A DNA stretch of 64,000 nt from sequence record NZ_CP086424.1. One strand, 5' to 3'. Every line of letters begins with the position of its first letter. Positions within the stretch are counted from its first letter, which is position 1. Below the pieces are notes generated by a model. That model did not search any database. It saw only the letters and a list, made by a program, of their open reading frames with translations, and had not been told where the DNA came from. The DNA comes from a plasmid. Positions 9,486 to 20,129 of the stretch are shown piece after piece. Both the position numbers and the translations under genes were made by a program.

Positions 9486-9548
9486 TTTTGGTATTCTGAT
9501 TTAAAACTATTGTAGCTCAGGTATCAAAAGAACTTGGGTAATTAAAGA

Positions 9549-9575
9549 TAAGGGGCCGACGGCCCCTTAATTGTT
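9549..9575. terminator. Bidirectional terminator
   Basis: AAGGGGCCGACGGCCCCTT hairpin between convergent operons. Confidence 0.65.
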
Positions 9576-10064
9576 TTAGTTTGTGAATATTGAACAATCG
9601 AGGTGGGATAGCGCTTGTTCGTAGCTACCTTTGTTGTTCGTCTTACGCAGTGCCACCAGCTCAACAATCAATTGGCTTAAAGCCAGTGATTGAGGCTCCC
9701 AGACGCGCTTGCATTTGTCAGCCATGTTGGCATTTACGTCTGTAATGACGTAGAGGAAATCAGGGACGTCTTTCAAGGTCCCCAGGCCTTTTGCCATATC
9801 AACAGCCTCAGGGTTTTGATAGCTTCGAGTGGCGCTCAGGTCATCGTGGGAAATATAGCTGGCAGATGTCTCAGCGAAACCTAACACCATGCCTTTTCCT
9901 GCGCTTTTTGCAATGGCCGAGCCGATAGCTAGAGTTGGCATGATGGCCTGACCTATTTGGCGGGTAGATGCAGTTGCCAAGCCTGAGGCGATGTTCTTCC
10001 CGGCATCTTCGGCAGTGGCAGAGCTGGTTGTGAGCATCGCAGTTAAAATGATTTTTCCAAACAT
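9576..10064 (-). CDS. Secreted hypothetical protein (signal peptide)
   Basis: MFGKIILTAMLTTSSATA signal peptide. It lies downstream of topB in the same minus-strand operon. Confidence 0.5.
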   Translation of the reverse strand: MFGKIILTAMLTTSSATAEDAGKNIASGLATASTRQIGQAIMPTLAIGSAIAKSAGKGMVLGFAETSASYISHDDLSATRSYQNPEAVDMAKGLGTLKDVPDFLYVITDVNANMADKCKRVWEPQSLALSQLIVELVALRKTNNKGSYEQALSHLDCSIFTN

Positions 10065-10078
10065 ACTTAATTCCTCTA

Positions 10079-12271
10079 TCAATCCATAAAGTCCGACTTT
10101 TTGAAGGGCATAGTGCCTTTGCAATCGGGATACGCTGTGCAGCCCCAGAACTTAGAGGCTCGTTTCTTGCCAGGGGCTTTTCCTTTCCTGAGACGCATCG
10201 GGCTACCGCAATCTGGGCAGTCTGGACAATCCTCCGCCGCGATACGTTTCTCGGGTTTCCCTCGGTTGTCTGGGAACGTCTTCTTGCAAGCCTCGTTCTG
10301 GCAGCCCCAGAAAAAACCGTTCTTCCCTTTGATCCGGTGCATCTCTCCACCGCAGTTGAAGCATTCGTGTGAAGGAGGCTTCGCGCCCTCGAAGGCTTTA
10401 GCCATCGCGCCACCTTCTTTGGTCAGAACCGGTGCGGCCACTTTGAGCTGCTCAACCATTTGGCAGATCCAGGTGGAAATCTGCTTCATGAAGACAGACA
10501 TGTTCCCGGAGCCGGAGGCAACTTTCTCAAGCTCCTGCTCCCAAGCCGCAGTCATGCCGGGTGATTTGATGGCTGGTGGAAGCACTGCTATAAGCGCATG
10601 AGCCTTATCAGTTGCAAGCAGTACCTTTTTCTGACGCTTGAAGTAGCCTTTATCAACAGCGCCCTGGATGATGCTTGCGCGTGTTGCTGGAGTGCCTAAA
10701 CCGGCTGTGTCTTTGAGGATTTGTTTGAACTTCTCCTCAGTCACGAACCGGGCAATGTTCTCCATCGCGGCAAGCAATGTGGCTTCGGTGAAGTGCGGTG
10801 CTGGCCGCGTCATTTTGTTTGCCAGCTCGGCCCCATTCAGCAAGGCAGGTTCGCCCTGGCTAACCCTGGGGAGCTTCTCTTGTTCAACCGGCGCGTCGGT
10901 GTCTTCCCCCTCGTCCTTGGGACTGCTTTCACTATCAGAAGCAAACAAAACCTTCCAGCCTTGTTTGGTAGGTGTCTTACCAGCGGACGCAAAGAGGTGA
11001 CGCCCACACTGCACCTCGATGGAGGTTTTGGTGAACTCGAACTCGCTGTAGAACTGCGCGATGTAGAAACGACGGATGGCGTCGTAAAGATTGAACTCGA
11101 TCTCAGACATGGCACTGATGTCTGTTCTGGCCGGTGTTGGAATGATCGCGTGGTGCGCGGTCACTTTGGCGTCATTGAATACCCTGGCCTTGCGATGAGG
11201 ATCTGCGCCAGCCACCAGCCCAGAGACGTTCTGATCGGACAAAATGAGCGCCTGGAGAATGTCCGGAATGTCTTCCTTTTGGCTCTCGGGTAGATAACGA
11301 CTGTCAGTACGAGGGTAGGTGGTCGCTTTGTGCGTCTCGTACAGAGCTTGAGCTGCATCCAGTACCTGCTGAGCTGTGTATCCCCATCGTTTGCTCGCGT
11401 ATTGTTGCAGCGACGTTAGATCGAAGGGGAGGGGGGCTGACTCTTTACCTGGTTTGGTTTCTGCTTTGCTGATAACAGCATTGGCACCATTGACCTGGGA
11501 GGCTACCTGCTCGGCATAGGCCTTATTGACGCACCGGCCTTGCTCGTCACTGCACTCTTCTGGTGGTATCCATTGGGCGGCAAACTGTCCATTCTGTACG
11601 GACACGTTCACACCCAGAGTCCAGTATGGTGAGGGGGTGAAACCGACGATCTCTCGGTCCCGTTGACAAACAAGAGCGACGGTTGGGGTGATAACCCTGC
11701 CAACGTGAAGAGTGTGGTTGAAGCCGACATCTCGGGCCAGCACTGTGTAGAGGCGGCTCACGTTCATGCCTACCAACCAGTCAGCGCGTTGCCGTGCCAA
11801 TGCGGCGTAGTAGAGTGAGACCGTATCCTTGCCATCCTTTACGTTGTTCAGCGCTTTCTTGATGCTTGACTCATCGAGAGCCGTCAAACAAACTCGGCGA
11901 ATAGGGCCAGAGTAGCGGAATCGATCCAGAAGCGAACGGGCGATAGCCTCACCTTCTCGGTCGTAGTCCGTTGAGATGTAGATGGTGCTCGCCTTTTTGA
12001 CCAGTCCCTCAACAATTTTGTACTGTTTGAACGCACTCTTGCGAACGTTGTACCGCCATGACTCTGGTGCAATAGGGAGGGTCTCCAGTGACCATGACTT
12101 GTAGCGTTCGTCATAATCGTCTGGCATATACAATTCCAGCAGGTGGCCGAACGCCCACGTAATAACGCGGTTTCCTCCATCATGGAGAAATCCATCACCT
12201 CGTTGGGAGGCCTTCATTACGCCAGCCAAATCTTTTGCCTGAGAAGGCTTCTCGCAGATATAAAGGTCCAT
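10079..12271 (-). CDS. topB: DNA topoisomerase III with C-terminal zinc-ribbon repeats
   Basis: 730 aa. Toprim and topoisomerase IA domains. Several CxxC…CxxC ribbons at the C-terminus. Confidence 0.85.
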   Translation of the reverse strand: MDLYICEKPSQAKDLAGVMKASQRGDGFLHDGGNRVITWAFGHLLELYMPDDYDERYKSWSLETLPIAPESWRYNVRKSAFKQYKIVEGLVKKASTIYISTDYDREGEAIARSLLDRFRYSGPIRRVCLTALDESSIKKALNNVKDGKDTVSLYYAALARQRADWLVGMNVSRLYTVLARDVGFNHTLHVGRVITPTVALVCQRDREIVGFTPSPYWTLGVNVSVQNGQFAAQWIPPEECSDEQGRCVNKAYAEQVASQVNGANAVISKAETKPGKESAPLPFDLTSLQQYASKRWGYTAQQVLDAAQALYETHKATTYPRTDSRYLPESQKEDIPDILQALILSDQNVSGLVAGADPHRKARVFNDAKVTAHHAIIPTPARTDISAMSEIEFNLYDAIRRFYIAQFYSEFEFTKTSIEVQCGRHLFASAGKTPTKQGWKVLFASDSESSPKDEGEDTDAPVEQEKLPRVSQGEPALLNGAELANKMTRPAPHFTEATLLAAMENIARFVTEEKFKQILKDTAGLGTPATRASIIQGAVDKGYFKRQKKVLLATDKAHALIAVLPPAIKSPGMTAAWEQELEKVASGSGNMSVFMKQISTWICQMVEQLKVAAPVLTKEGGAMAKAFEGAKPPSHECFNCGGEMHRIKGKNGFFWGCQNEACKKTFPDNRGKPEKRIAAEDCPDCPDCGSPMRLRKGKAPGKKRASKFWGCTAYPDCKGTMPFKKSDFMD

Positions 12272-12504
12272 TAAGCAGCTCCTCTCATCTTTGATTCCAG
12301 ATTCGCCAGCTCAGTCCAGCTTTGAGCCAGACCTTTGACTTCGGGGTAGTCTCTGGAGAGGTTTTCGAGGACTCCAGAAATGACATAGGCCGCTTCGCTG
12401 GAATTACCCCTCGAACCGGCCTCCTGGAGCATGATTAATAAAGCGTCGAAGAGCTCAGCCTTACGGCCTAGCTCTGTCTGGTTTCTTATTTCAGAGCTTT
12501 GCAT
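12271..12504 (-). CDS. Small hypothetical protein
   Basis: 77-aa ORF whose stop overlaps the topB ATG (ATGA). Confidence 0.4.
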   Translation of the reverse strand: MQSSEIRNQTELGRKAELFDALLIMLQEAGSRGNSSEAAYVISGVLENLSRDYPEVKGLAQSWTELANLESKMRGAA

Positions 12505-13103
12505 GGGTTCACCACTGAATAGGGACGCACGGACTCGCGCACAATGCGGCGATCTGCGTCAGTTACAGCCTGACTGGTGCAAAAGTGCGTCCAGGCATTC
12601 AGATAATCTTTATAGGTGTGGGTAGGTGGTATGCAGCCGGTTACAACGTCCTTGGGGATGTTTGTGGTTCCCTCGGCTTCCACAAAGCGCCAATCGTGCT
12701 CGTCCATACCTTTGCCACCATCGCAATAGCGTTCCCAGCGTGACAACTCGTACAGCGAGTAGCCTTTGCCTTTATTCATGGACTTGAAGGTATTGATGGC
12801 TTCGTTGACATCCCCGTGCTGTTTGATCCCTGCTGGAGTTTTATCTGAACCAGCGGAGTCATCTTTGACCTTGTTCATCGTTGCGCTGACATTACCGTCG
12901 CCCAGCACATGGATATAACCAGGTTGACGTAATGCAGCACCACCGCGCCCCATGTTGTCCCATGCCATCGACAGTTCCCGGCTAACTCGGGCAGGTTTGT
13001 CATTTTCGGCAGGGGCAGTCTGGGGCTGAGGCTTTTGCTCGGGGGCGTTAGAGGCACACCCGGCCAGAATTGCCACTCCCAGAATTGCTATCAGTTGTCT
13101 CAT
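12486..13103 (-). CDS. Lipoprotein, hypothetical
   Basis: MRQLIAILGVAILAGC lipobox. Start at 13103 with a GAGGA Shine-Dalgarno. It is divergent from traI. Confidence 0.55.
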   Translation of the reverse strand: MRQLIAILGVAILAGCASNAPEQKPQPQTAPAENDKPARVSRELSMAWDNMGRGGAALRQPGYIHVLGDGNVSATMNKVKDDSAGSDKTPAGIKQHGDVNEAINTFKSMNKGKGYSLYELSRWERYCDGGKGMDEHDWRFVEAEGTTNIPKDVVTGCIPPTHTYKDYLNAWTHFCTSQAVTDADRRIVRESVRPYSVVNPCKALK

Positions 13104-13177
13104 CGTGTCGTTCCTCATAAAAAATTGTCGATGAGCCCATTCTAAAAGGGGGGGGATGGAAAGCTGGTTTCTCAAAC

Positions 13178-13200
13178 TGCCCAAATTGGACAGATAGGCG
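13178..13200 (+). promoter_or_regulatory. AcaCD/SetCD-like activator box, copy 2 (PtraI)
   Basis: TGCCCAAATTGGACAGATAGGCG, 93 bp upstream of the traI ATG. Confidence 0.55.
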
Positions 13201-13270
13201 TGTGTGCGATCTAAAGGTGTTTTGAGAGCATGTAGCGACGAGAAATACGATAGGAATATGGTCAACCTAC

Positions 13271-16243
13271 ATGCTGAAAGCCCTTAACAAGTTATTTGGT
13301 GGGCGAAGTGGAGTGATCGAGACCGCGCCGAGCGTCAGAGTGTTGCCGCTTAAAGACGTGGAAGATGAAGAAATCCCTCGATACCCACCTTTTGCCAAGG
13401 GCCTGCCAGTGGCCCCACTAGACAAGATACTGGCAACCCAAGCTGAACTGATTGAGAAAGTGCGGAACTCTCTCGGTTTCACTGTGGACGACTTCAACCG
13501 GCTTGTTTTGCCGGTGATCCAGCGGTATGCCGCGTTTGTTCACCTGTTGCCAGCTTCCGAATCACACCACCACCGTGGCGCTGGTGGTCTGTTCCGACAT
13601 GGGCTTGAAGTGGCCTTCTGGGCAGCTCAGGCATCTGAGTCAGTTATCTTTTCCATCGAGGGGACGCCTCGTGAACGCCGTGACAATGAGCCGCGTTGGA
13701 GACTGGCGAGCTGTTTCTCCGGGCTGCTGCATGATGTGGGTAAACCGCTCTCGGATGTGTCCATTACGGACAAAGACGGGTCAATCACATGGAACCCGTA
13801 TTCGGAGTCACTTCATGACTGGGCACACCGTCACGAAATCGACCGTTACTTTATCCGGTGGCGCGACAAGCGACACAAAAGACATGAGCAATTCTCGCTG
13901 CTGGCGGTGGATCGAATTATTCCGGCTGAGACTCGGGAGTTTCTGTCCAAGTCTGGCCCGTCCATCATGGAAGCGATGCTGGAAGCTATCTCAGGAACCA
14001 GCGTCAATCAGCCTGTGACCAAGCTGATGCTTCGCGCTGACCAAGAGAGCGTCTCACGGGACCTTCGCCAGAGTCGTCTCGATGTGGACGAGTTCTCCTA
14101 TGGTGTGCCTGTCGAGCGGTACGTGTTCGATGCCATCCGCCGCCTGGTTAAAACCGGAAAATGGAAGGTCAATGAGCCAGGCGCGAAAGTCTGGCACCTC
14201 AACCAAGGTGTATTCATTGCCTGGAAACAGCTTGGGGACCTTTATGACTTGATCAGCCACGACAAGATCCCCGGTATTCCACGAGACCCTGACACACTGG
14301 CCGACATTCTCATCGAACGTGGTTTTGCTGTACCAAACACGGTGCAGGAGAAGGGTGAACGTGCGTACTACCGCTACTGGGAAGTTTTGCCTGAGATGCT
14401 CCAGGAGGCGGCGGGATCGGTGAAGATCTTGATGCTCCGACTCGAATCAAACGACCTGGTGTTTACGACTGAGCCTCCTGCGGCTGTTGCTGCGGAAGTT
14501 GTTGGTGATGTTGAGGACGCTGAGATTGAGTTCGTTGATCCTGAGGAAGTCGATGACGACCAAGAGGAAGATGTGTCAGCTCTGAACGATGACATGTTGG
14601 CCGCAGAGCAGGAAGCAGAGAAAGCTCTAGCTGGTCTTGGCTTTGGTGATGCGATGGAGATGCTGAAAAGCACCTCAGATGCTGTCGAGGAGAAACCAGA
14701 GCAAAAAGATGCTGGATCAACGGAATCATCTAAGCCTGACGCTGGCAAGAAGGGTAAGCCGCAGAGCAAACCGGGCAAAGCAAAACCGAAGAGTGATACA
14801 GAGAAACAACCCCACAAACCAGAGGCAAAAGAGGATTTGTCCCCTCAGGACATTGCCAAAAACGCACCACCTTTGGCAAACGACAATCCGTTACAAGCAC
14901 TCAAGGATGTTGGGGGTGGACTGGGGGACATCGACTTTCCGTTTGACGCATTCAGCGCATCGGCAGAGACAGCCAGCACTGACGCAACAAACTCAGAAAT
15001 CCCAGATGTGGCAATGCCCGGAAAGCAAGAGAAGCAGCCAAAACAGGACTTCGTTCCACAAGAACAAAACTCCCTGCAGGGCGATGACTTTCCAATGTTC
15101 GGTAGTTCTGATGAACCGCCATCATGGGCGATTGAGCCGCTCCCTATGCTGACTGACGCACCAGAACAAACAACACCAGCGCCAGCAATGCCACCTACGG
15201 ACAAACCTAATCTGCATGAGAAAGACGCAAAGACCTTACTCGTTGAGATGTTAGCCGGGTACGGAGAAGCATCGGCGTTGCTTGAACAAGCGATCATGCC
15301 TGTTTTGGAAGGTAAAACGACGCTGGGCGAAGTCCTATGCCTGATGAAGGGTCAAGCCGTCATTTTGTACCCGGATGGCGCTCGGTCGCTGGGTGCGCCG
15401 TCAGAGGTTCTCTCGAAGCTGTCCCACGCCAACGCGATTGTTCCAGACCCGATTATGCCAGGTCGCAAAGTTCGTGATTTCAGCGGAGTGAAGGCAATTG
15501 TACTGGCGGAGCAGCTTTCAGATGCAGTCGTAGCGGCCATTAAGGATGCCGAGGCGTCAATGGGGGGATACCAGGATGCCTTTGAGCTCGTCTCTCCCCC
15601 TGGCTTGGATGCAAGCAAGAATAAGTCTGCACCGAAACAACAAAGCCGAAAAAAGGCGCAGCAGCAGAAGCCTGAGGTTAACGCCGGTAAACCCTCGCCT
15701 GAACAAAAGGCGAAAGGTAAGGACTCCCAGCCACAGCAGAAGGAGAAGAAGGTCGATGTTACTTCTCCGGTTGAAGAGCCGCAGCGCCAGCCGGTCCAAG
15801 AAAAACAGAACGTGGCTCGCCTTCCTAAGCGGGAGGTTCAACCAGTGGCTCCTGAGCCCAAAGTTGAGCGTGAGAAGGAATTGGGACACGTCGAGGTGCG
15901 AGAAAGGGAAGAGCCAGAGGTTAGGGAGTTTGAGCCGCCTAAGGCGAAAACAAACCCGAAAGACATCAACGCGGAAGATTTCTTGCCGTCTGGTGTTACG
16001 CCTCAGAAAGCACTCCAGATGCTCAAGGACATGATCCAAAAACGCTCGGGCAGATGGCTCGTGACACCTGTCCTGGAAGAGGATGGCTGCTTAGTAACCA
16101 GTGACAAAGCCTTCGACATGATTGCCGGTGAAAACATCGGCATCAGCAAACACATCCTCTGCGGGATGCTGAGCCGGGCACAGAGACGGCCTTTGCTCAA
16201 GAAACGTCAGGGAAAACTGTATTTAGAGGTAAATGAAACATGA
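13271..16243 (+). CDS. traI: MobH-family relaxase (HD-domain) with a long low-complexity C-terminal region
   Basis: HHHRGAGGLFRHGLEV HD motif. 990 aa. Followed by traD. Confidence 0.85.
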   Translation: MLKALNKLFGGRSGVIETAPSVRVLPLKDVEDEEIPRYPPFAKGLPVAPLDKILATQAELIEKVRNSLGFTVDDFNRLVLPVIQRYAAFVHLLPASESHHHRGAGGLFRHGLEVAFWAAQASESVIFSIEGTPRERRDNEPRWRLASCFSGLLHDVGKPLSDVSITDKDGSITWNPYSESLHDWAHRHEIDRYFIRWRDKRHKRHEQFSLLAVDRIIPAETREFLSKSGPSIMEAMLEAISGTSVNQPVTKLMLRADQESVSRDLRQSRLDVDEFSYGVPVERYVFDAIRRLVKTGKWKVNEPGAKVWHLNQGVFIAWKQLGDLYDLISHDKIPGIPRDPDTLADILIERGFAVPNTVQEKGERAYYRYWEVLPEMLQEAAGSVKILMLRLESNDLVFTTEPPAAVAAEVVGDVEDAEIEFVDPEEVDDDQEEDVSALNDDMLAAEQEAEKALAGLGFGDAMEMLKSTSDAVEEKPEQKDAGSTESSKPDAGKKGKPQSKPGKAKPKSDTEKQPHKPEAKEDLSPQDIAKNAPPLANDNPLQALKDVGGGLGDIDFPFDAFSASAETASTDATNSEIPDVAMPGKQEKQPKQDFVPQEQNSLQGDDFPMFGSSDEPPSWAIEPLPMLTDAPEQTTPAPAMPPTDKPNLHEKDAKTLLVEMLAGYGEASALLEQAIMPVLEGKTTLGEVLCLMKGQAVILYPDGARSLGAPSEVLSKLSHANAIVPDPIMPGRKVRDFSGVKAIVLAEQLSDAVVAAIKDAEASMGGYQDAFELVSPPGLDASKNKSAPKQQSRKKAQQQKPEVNAGKPSPEQKAKGKDSQPQQKEKKVDVTSPVEEPQRQPVQEKQNVARLPKREVQPVAPEPKVEREKELGHVEVREREEPEVREFEPPKAKTNPKDINAEDFLPSGVTPQKALQMLKDMIQKRSGRWLVTPVLEEDGCLVTSDKAFDMIAGENIGISKHILCGMLSRAQRRPLLKKRQGKLYLEVNET

Positions 16244-18105
16244 CAATGAGTTATGACCCGCTCGCCTACGAGATGCCGTGGCGGCCCAACTATGAAAAAA
16301 ATGCTGTAGCAGGCTGGCTTGCCGCCTCCGGCGCGGCTTTGGCCGTAGAGCAAGTCAGCACGATGCCTCCGGAGCCCTTCTATTGGATGACGGGGATCTG
16401 TGGCGTGATGGCGATGGCTCGTTTGCCAAAGGCTATCAAACTTCACCTGCTCCAAAAGCATTTGAAGGGGCGTGATCTGGAGTTTATTTCTATTGCGGAG
16501 CTCCAAAAGTACATCAAGGACACGCCGGACGATATGTGGCTTGGTAGTGGGTTCCTGTGGGAAAACCGCCATGCCCAGCGCGTGTTTGAGATCCTGAAAC
16601 GCGACTGGACTTCCATCGTAGGGAGAGAGTCCACGGTCAAAAAGGTTGTCCGGAAGATACAGGGTAAGAAAAAGGAGCTGCCAATCGGCCAGCCCTGGAT
16701 TCACGGGGTAGAACCCAAAGAAGAGAAGCTGATGCAGCCACTCAAGCACACTGAGGGGCATTCGCTGATCGTTGGGACCACCGGCTCGGGCAAGACCCGT
16801 ATGTTCGACATCCTGATTTCACAGGCCATTCTGCGTGGGGAAGCCGTGATCATCATAGACCCGAAAGGGGATAAGGAGATGCGGGACAATGCACGACGTG
16901 CCTGTGAAGCTATGGGGCAGCCGGAAAGATTCGTCTCATTTCATCCAGCATTCCCGGAAGAGTCGGTGCGTATCGACCCTCTGCGTAACTTCACCCGCGT
17001 GACTGAAATTGCAAGTCGTTTGGCAGCGTTGATCCCGTCCGAAGCAGGGGCCGACCCGTTCAAATCATTTGGATGGCAGGCACTGAACAACATCGCTCAG
17101 GGCTTGGTCATCACTCATGATCGTCCCAACCTGACAAAGCTCCGCCGATTCCTTGAAGGTGGCGCTGCTGGCTTGGTCATCAAGGCCGTTCAGGCTTACT
17201 CAGAGCGAGTTATGCCCGACTGGGAGGCAGAAGCAGCGGCTTATTTGGAGAAAGTCAAAAACGGTTCGCGTGAGAAGATCGCTTTCGCGTTGATGAAGTT
17301 CTACTACGACATCATCCAACCTGAGCACCCAAACTCTGATCTGGAAGGCTTGCTGTCGATGTTCCAGCACGACCAAACCCACTTCTCCAAGATGGTGGCG
17401 AACCTCCTGCCGATCATGAATATGCTGACGTCCGGGGAGCTAGGCCCTCTGCTGTCTCCAGACTCATCTGATCTGAGCGACGAACGCCAGATCACTGATT
17501 CCGCAAAAATCATCAACAACGCTCAAGTTGCTTATCTGGGGCTCGACTCCCTGACCGACAACATGGTTGGTAGTGCTATGGGGTCCATCTTCCTGTCAGA
17601 CCTGACAGCGGTTGCCGGTGACAGATACAACTACGGCGTCAACAACAGACCCGTAAATATCTTTGTTGATGAGGCTGCTGAGGTGATCAACGACCCGTTC
17701 ATCCAGCTCCTGAACAAAGGTCGCGGTGCGAAACTTCGTCTTTTCGTTGCAACTCAGACTTTTGCTGACTTCGCAGCTCGACTGGGTAGCAAAGACAAAG
17801 CGCTCCAAGTGTTGGGGAACATCAACAACACGTTTGCTCTGCGTATCGTCGATGGTGAAACACAGGAGTATATCGCAGATAACTTGCCGAAGACCCGGCT
17901 CAAGTACGTCATGCGGACTCAAGGCCAGAACTCGGATGGCAAGGAGCCCATTATGCACGGAGGCAACCAAGGCGAGCGTTTGATGGAGGAGGAAGCTGAT
18001 CTGTTCCCAGCCCAGTTATTGGGAATGCTTCCGAACCTGGAATACATAGCCAAAATTTCAGGCGGAACAATCGTAAAAGGCCGTCTGCCCATATTGACCC
18101 AGTAA
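16240..18105 (+). CDS. traD: Type IV coupling protein
   Basis: Walker A GTTGSGKT. Walker B IFVDEA. N-terminal TM helices. Confidence 0.85.
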   Translation: MTMSYDPLAYEMPWRPNYEKNAVAGWLAASGAALAVEQVSTMPPEPFYWMTGICGVMAMARLPKAIKLHLLQKHLKGRDLEFISIAELQKYIKDTPDDMWLGSGFLWENRHAQRVFEILKRDWTSIVGRESTVKKVVRKIQGKKKELPIGQPWIHGVEPKEEKLMQPLKHTEGHSLIVGTTGSGKTRMFDILISQAILRGEAVIIIDPKGDKEMRDNARRACEAMGQPERFVSFHPAFPEESVRIDPLRNFTRVTEIASRLAALIPSEAGADPFKSFGWQALNNIAQGLVITHDRPNLTKLRRFLEGGAAGLVIKAVQAYSERVMPDWEAEAAAYLEKVKNGSREKIAFALMKFYYDIIQPEHPNSDLEGLLSMFQHDQTHFSKMVANLLPIMNMLTSGELGPLLSPDSSDLSDERQITDSAKIINNAQVAYLGLDSLTDNMVGSAMGSIFLSDLTAVAGDRYNYGVNNRPVNIFVDEAAEVINDPFIQLLNKGRGAKLRLFVATQTFADFAARLGSKDKALQVLGNINNTFALRIVDGETQEYIADNLPKTRLKYVMRTQGQNSDGKEPIMHGGNQGERLMEEEADLFPAQLLGMLPNLEYIAKISGGTIVKGRLPILTQ

Positions 18106-18115
18106 GAGCAGAGCT

Positions 18116-18700
18116 ATGTGTGACAAGAAGTATAGAAATTACGAGGTAGCCATCATGGTCGATGTGAACCCTTTCGACAGGGTTATGAATGAATTGAAAA
18201 GTCGTGGCCGCAAGAACGCTCACATCCTGAGCATCCTCCAATTCGACTGGCCTGCATCGGAGGCCATCATCGAGAAGCTGAGCTGCTACATCACAGACGG
18301 GATTAAGGCTAATCAGGAGCCTGTGATTTACCCGATCATTGAAGAAGCTCTGCATCGCTACAGCCAGCTCGTGTTTCATGAGCAGAGAGAGAAATATGAA
18401 GACCCGGCCAGAATTGGGGCATTTCTGGAAACCCTGATCACCGAAACCTGCCGGGCGTTGGAAGTGCAAATTGTCGATAGTGGCGGTGATTCATGGTCTG
18501 TCGATTCAGGAGAGTCGTTCTCACTGTGGCTTTCTTCCCATCCAGGAGAACTATCCATTAACCCGCAGCCCCATGAGGATGAGACCTCTTTGCGTGGCTT
18601 GCTGTATGAGCTCATCACCTGTGAGAGCGTGAAAACTGTTTTAAGGAGAACCGACTATGAAGAAGCCGTGGTTGCTGGTCGCATGGCTGCTGGTTATTGA
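18116..18700 (+). CDS. Hypothetical acidic protein (s043-like position)
   Basis: ORF of 194 aa. The probable start is ATG 18155, which has a GAGG Shine-Dalgarno. Confidence 0.45.
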   Translation: MCDKKYRNYEVAIMVDVNPFDRVMNELKSRGRKNAHILSILQFDWPASEAIIEKLSCYITDGIKANQEPVIYPIIEEALHRYSQLVFHEQREKYEDPARIGAFLETLITETCRALEVQIVDSGGDSWSVDSGESFSLWLSSHPGELSINPQPHEDETSLRGLLYELITCESVKTVLRRTDYEEAVVAGRMAAGY

Positions 18701-19286
18701 GTTGCTGGCAATATTGCTGCTGATCCCTGGCGACTGGACAGACAGAGCCATCAAAAGGGAATCCGAGCTGGTGGAACAGAGTCTTGGTGTCGAAGCAAGA
18801 GACTGGATACAGAACAAAGCATCTACCTGGTTCAGGTCGAGCGTTATTGATTCAGGATTCTATGAGGGGATGTACCAAACGCTGATCCCATCAGAAGAGG
18901 AGCGCCAGAAGTCCAAGGGGATGCAGGACATGGGCAAGGGCTGGTTTGTGTGGGTCAAAGGCCGCATGGAAGCCTTTGTCAACGTCATTTACCAGTTCTA
19001 CACAAGGTTGGCACTGTTAGCCGCGTGGGCTCCCTATATGCTGATCCTGTTCGTACCTGCGGTATATGACGGGATGATGACATGGCGAATTAAGCGGACC
19101 AACTTCGATTATGCGAGTCCGGTTCTCCATCGTTACAGCGTTCGCGGAACGATGTACCTGATGGCCGGATTGTTCATCGCGTTCTTCATCCCCATAGCGC
19201 TCGATCCGGTTGTCATCCCGATGACAATGATGACGTGCTGTGTCCTGGTTGGCCTGACGTTCGGCAACCTCCAGAAACGGGTATAG
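18657..19286 (+). CDS. Polytopic inner-membrane protein, TraJ-like position
   Basis: 3–4 predicted TM helices. Location between traD and traL, as for traJ in SXT and IncC. Confidence 0.45.
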   Translation: MKKPWLLVAWLLVIELLAILLLIPGDWTDRAIKRESELVEQSLGVEARDWIQNKASTWFRSSVIDSGFYEGMYQTLIPSEEERQKSKGMQDMGKGWFVWVKGRMEAFVNVIYQFYTRLALLAAWAPYMLILFVPAVYDGMMTWRIKRTNFDYASPVLHRYSVRGTMYLMAGLFIAFFIPIALDPVVIPMTMMTCCVLVGLTFGNLQKRV

Positions 19287-19295
19287 GGAGGGAGG

Positions 19296-19742
19296 ATGAG
19301 CTACTCCGTTATAAATCAAGATGGGGTGCATCTGTGCGACATCCCATTGAACGTCTACCAGGTGATACGTCGCCAATCCTTGTCTGCGTTGTGGCTTTAC
19401 TGGGCGCAGAGCTTGAATTTGGTGAAGGTGCTCATTGCTTGCGTCGGAAAGATGATCTTTGTGATGCCGGTAATGTGGTTCTGGGTGCTGGTGGTGTGCC
19501 GCTTGGTTGAACCAGAACGTATCTCAGACGTGTCAGGACTTATCTCTCCGGACGTGATCGGGTGGGCCGCTGGTGCGGCCATCACCCTCATTATCTTTTC
19601 CGTATTTACACGCCCAGCGTTGTACGGATACCACAACTTTTTCAAGCAGCATATTTGCTCAAGAGTAAAGCAAGTAACGCCGGAACTCAGAACAGTCACT
19701 GGGCCACTGTTCTTTTACCGAAACGAAATTGGAACGATATAG
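19296..19742 (+). CDS. Membrane protein, hypothetical
   Basis: Hydrophobic segments. 148 aa. Confidence 0.45.
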   Translation: MSYSVINQDGVHLCDIPLNVYQVIRRQSLSALWLYWAQSLNLVKVLIACVGKMIFVMPVMWFWVLVVCRLVEPERISDVSGLISPDVIGWAAGAAITLIIFSVFTRPALYGYHNFFKQHICSRVKQVTPELRTVTGPLFFYRNEIGTI

Positions 19743-19751
19743 AGAGGAACC

Positions 19752-20129
19752 ATGAAAGTAACTAATAGACTCCAACTGCTGGCACTGGGGCTGTGTATAG
19801 CCGGTACTGCCATCGCGGCTCCTGATGTGCTCAATGACGACGCAAAGCTCAAGAACCTTGAGAAGGTGTGTCCCGACTGTCAGATGGTGGCAAAAGATGT
19901 ACTCAATCTGCGGGTTGAAAACTGCCAGCTCAAAGACACTTCCAGTGCAATGATGATTGGCACCATGCAAAATGACCCTATGTTTTCGTTTATGCTGGCT
20001 GTACACACAGCGGCAGGCTCGGAGGCATACAAAACGGTAGTTGGTGCCGCTGGCAACCATGTTGACTGTGAAAACCCGTTGAACTGGATCAAGCTGACCC
20101 AGCAAGCGATTAAAGGTGGCAAAGTCTAA
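19752..20129 (+). CDS. Secreted Cys-rich small protein
   Basis: Signal peptide MKVTNRLQLLALGLCIAGTAIA. Six Cys residues. Confidence 0.5.
   Translation: MKVTNRLQLLALGLCIAGTAIAAPDVLNDDAKLKNLEKVCPDCQMVAKDVLNLRVENCQLKDTSSAMMIGTMQNDPMFSFMLAVHTAAGSEAYKTVVGAAGNHVDCENPLNWIKLTQQAIKGGKV

Noticed and set aside
13104-13270. oriT in the intergenic region upstream of traI
   Set aside because: No nic-like inverted repeat stands out beyond the activator box. In related elements oriT and mobI lie far from traI, so this cannot be supported from the window.
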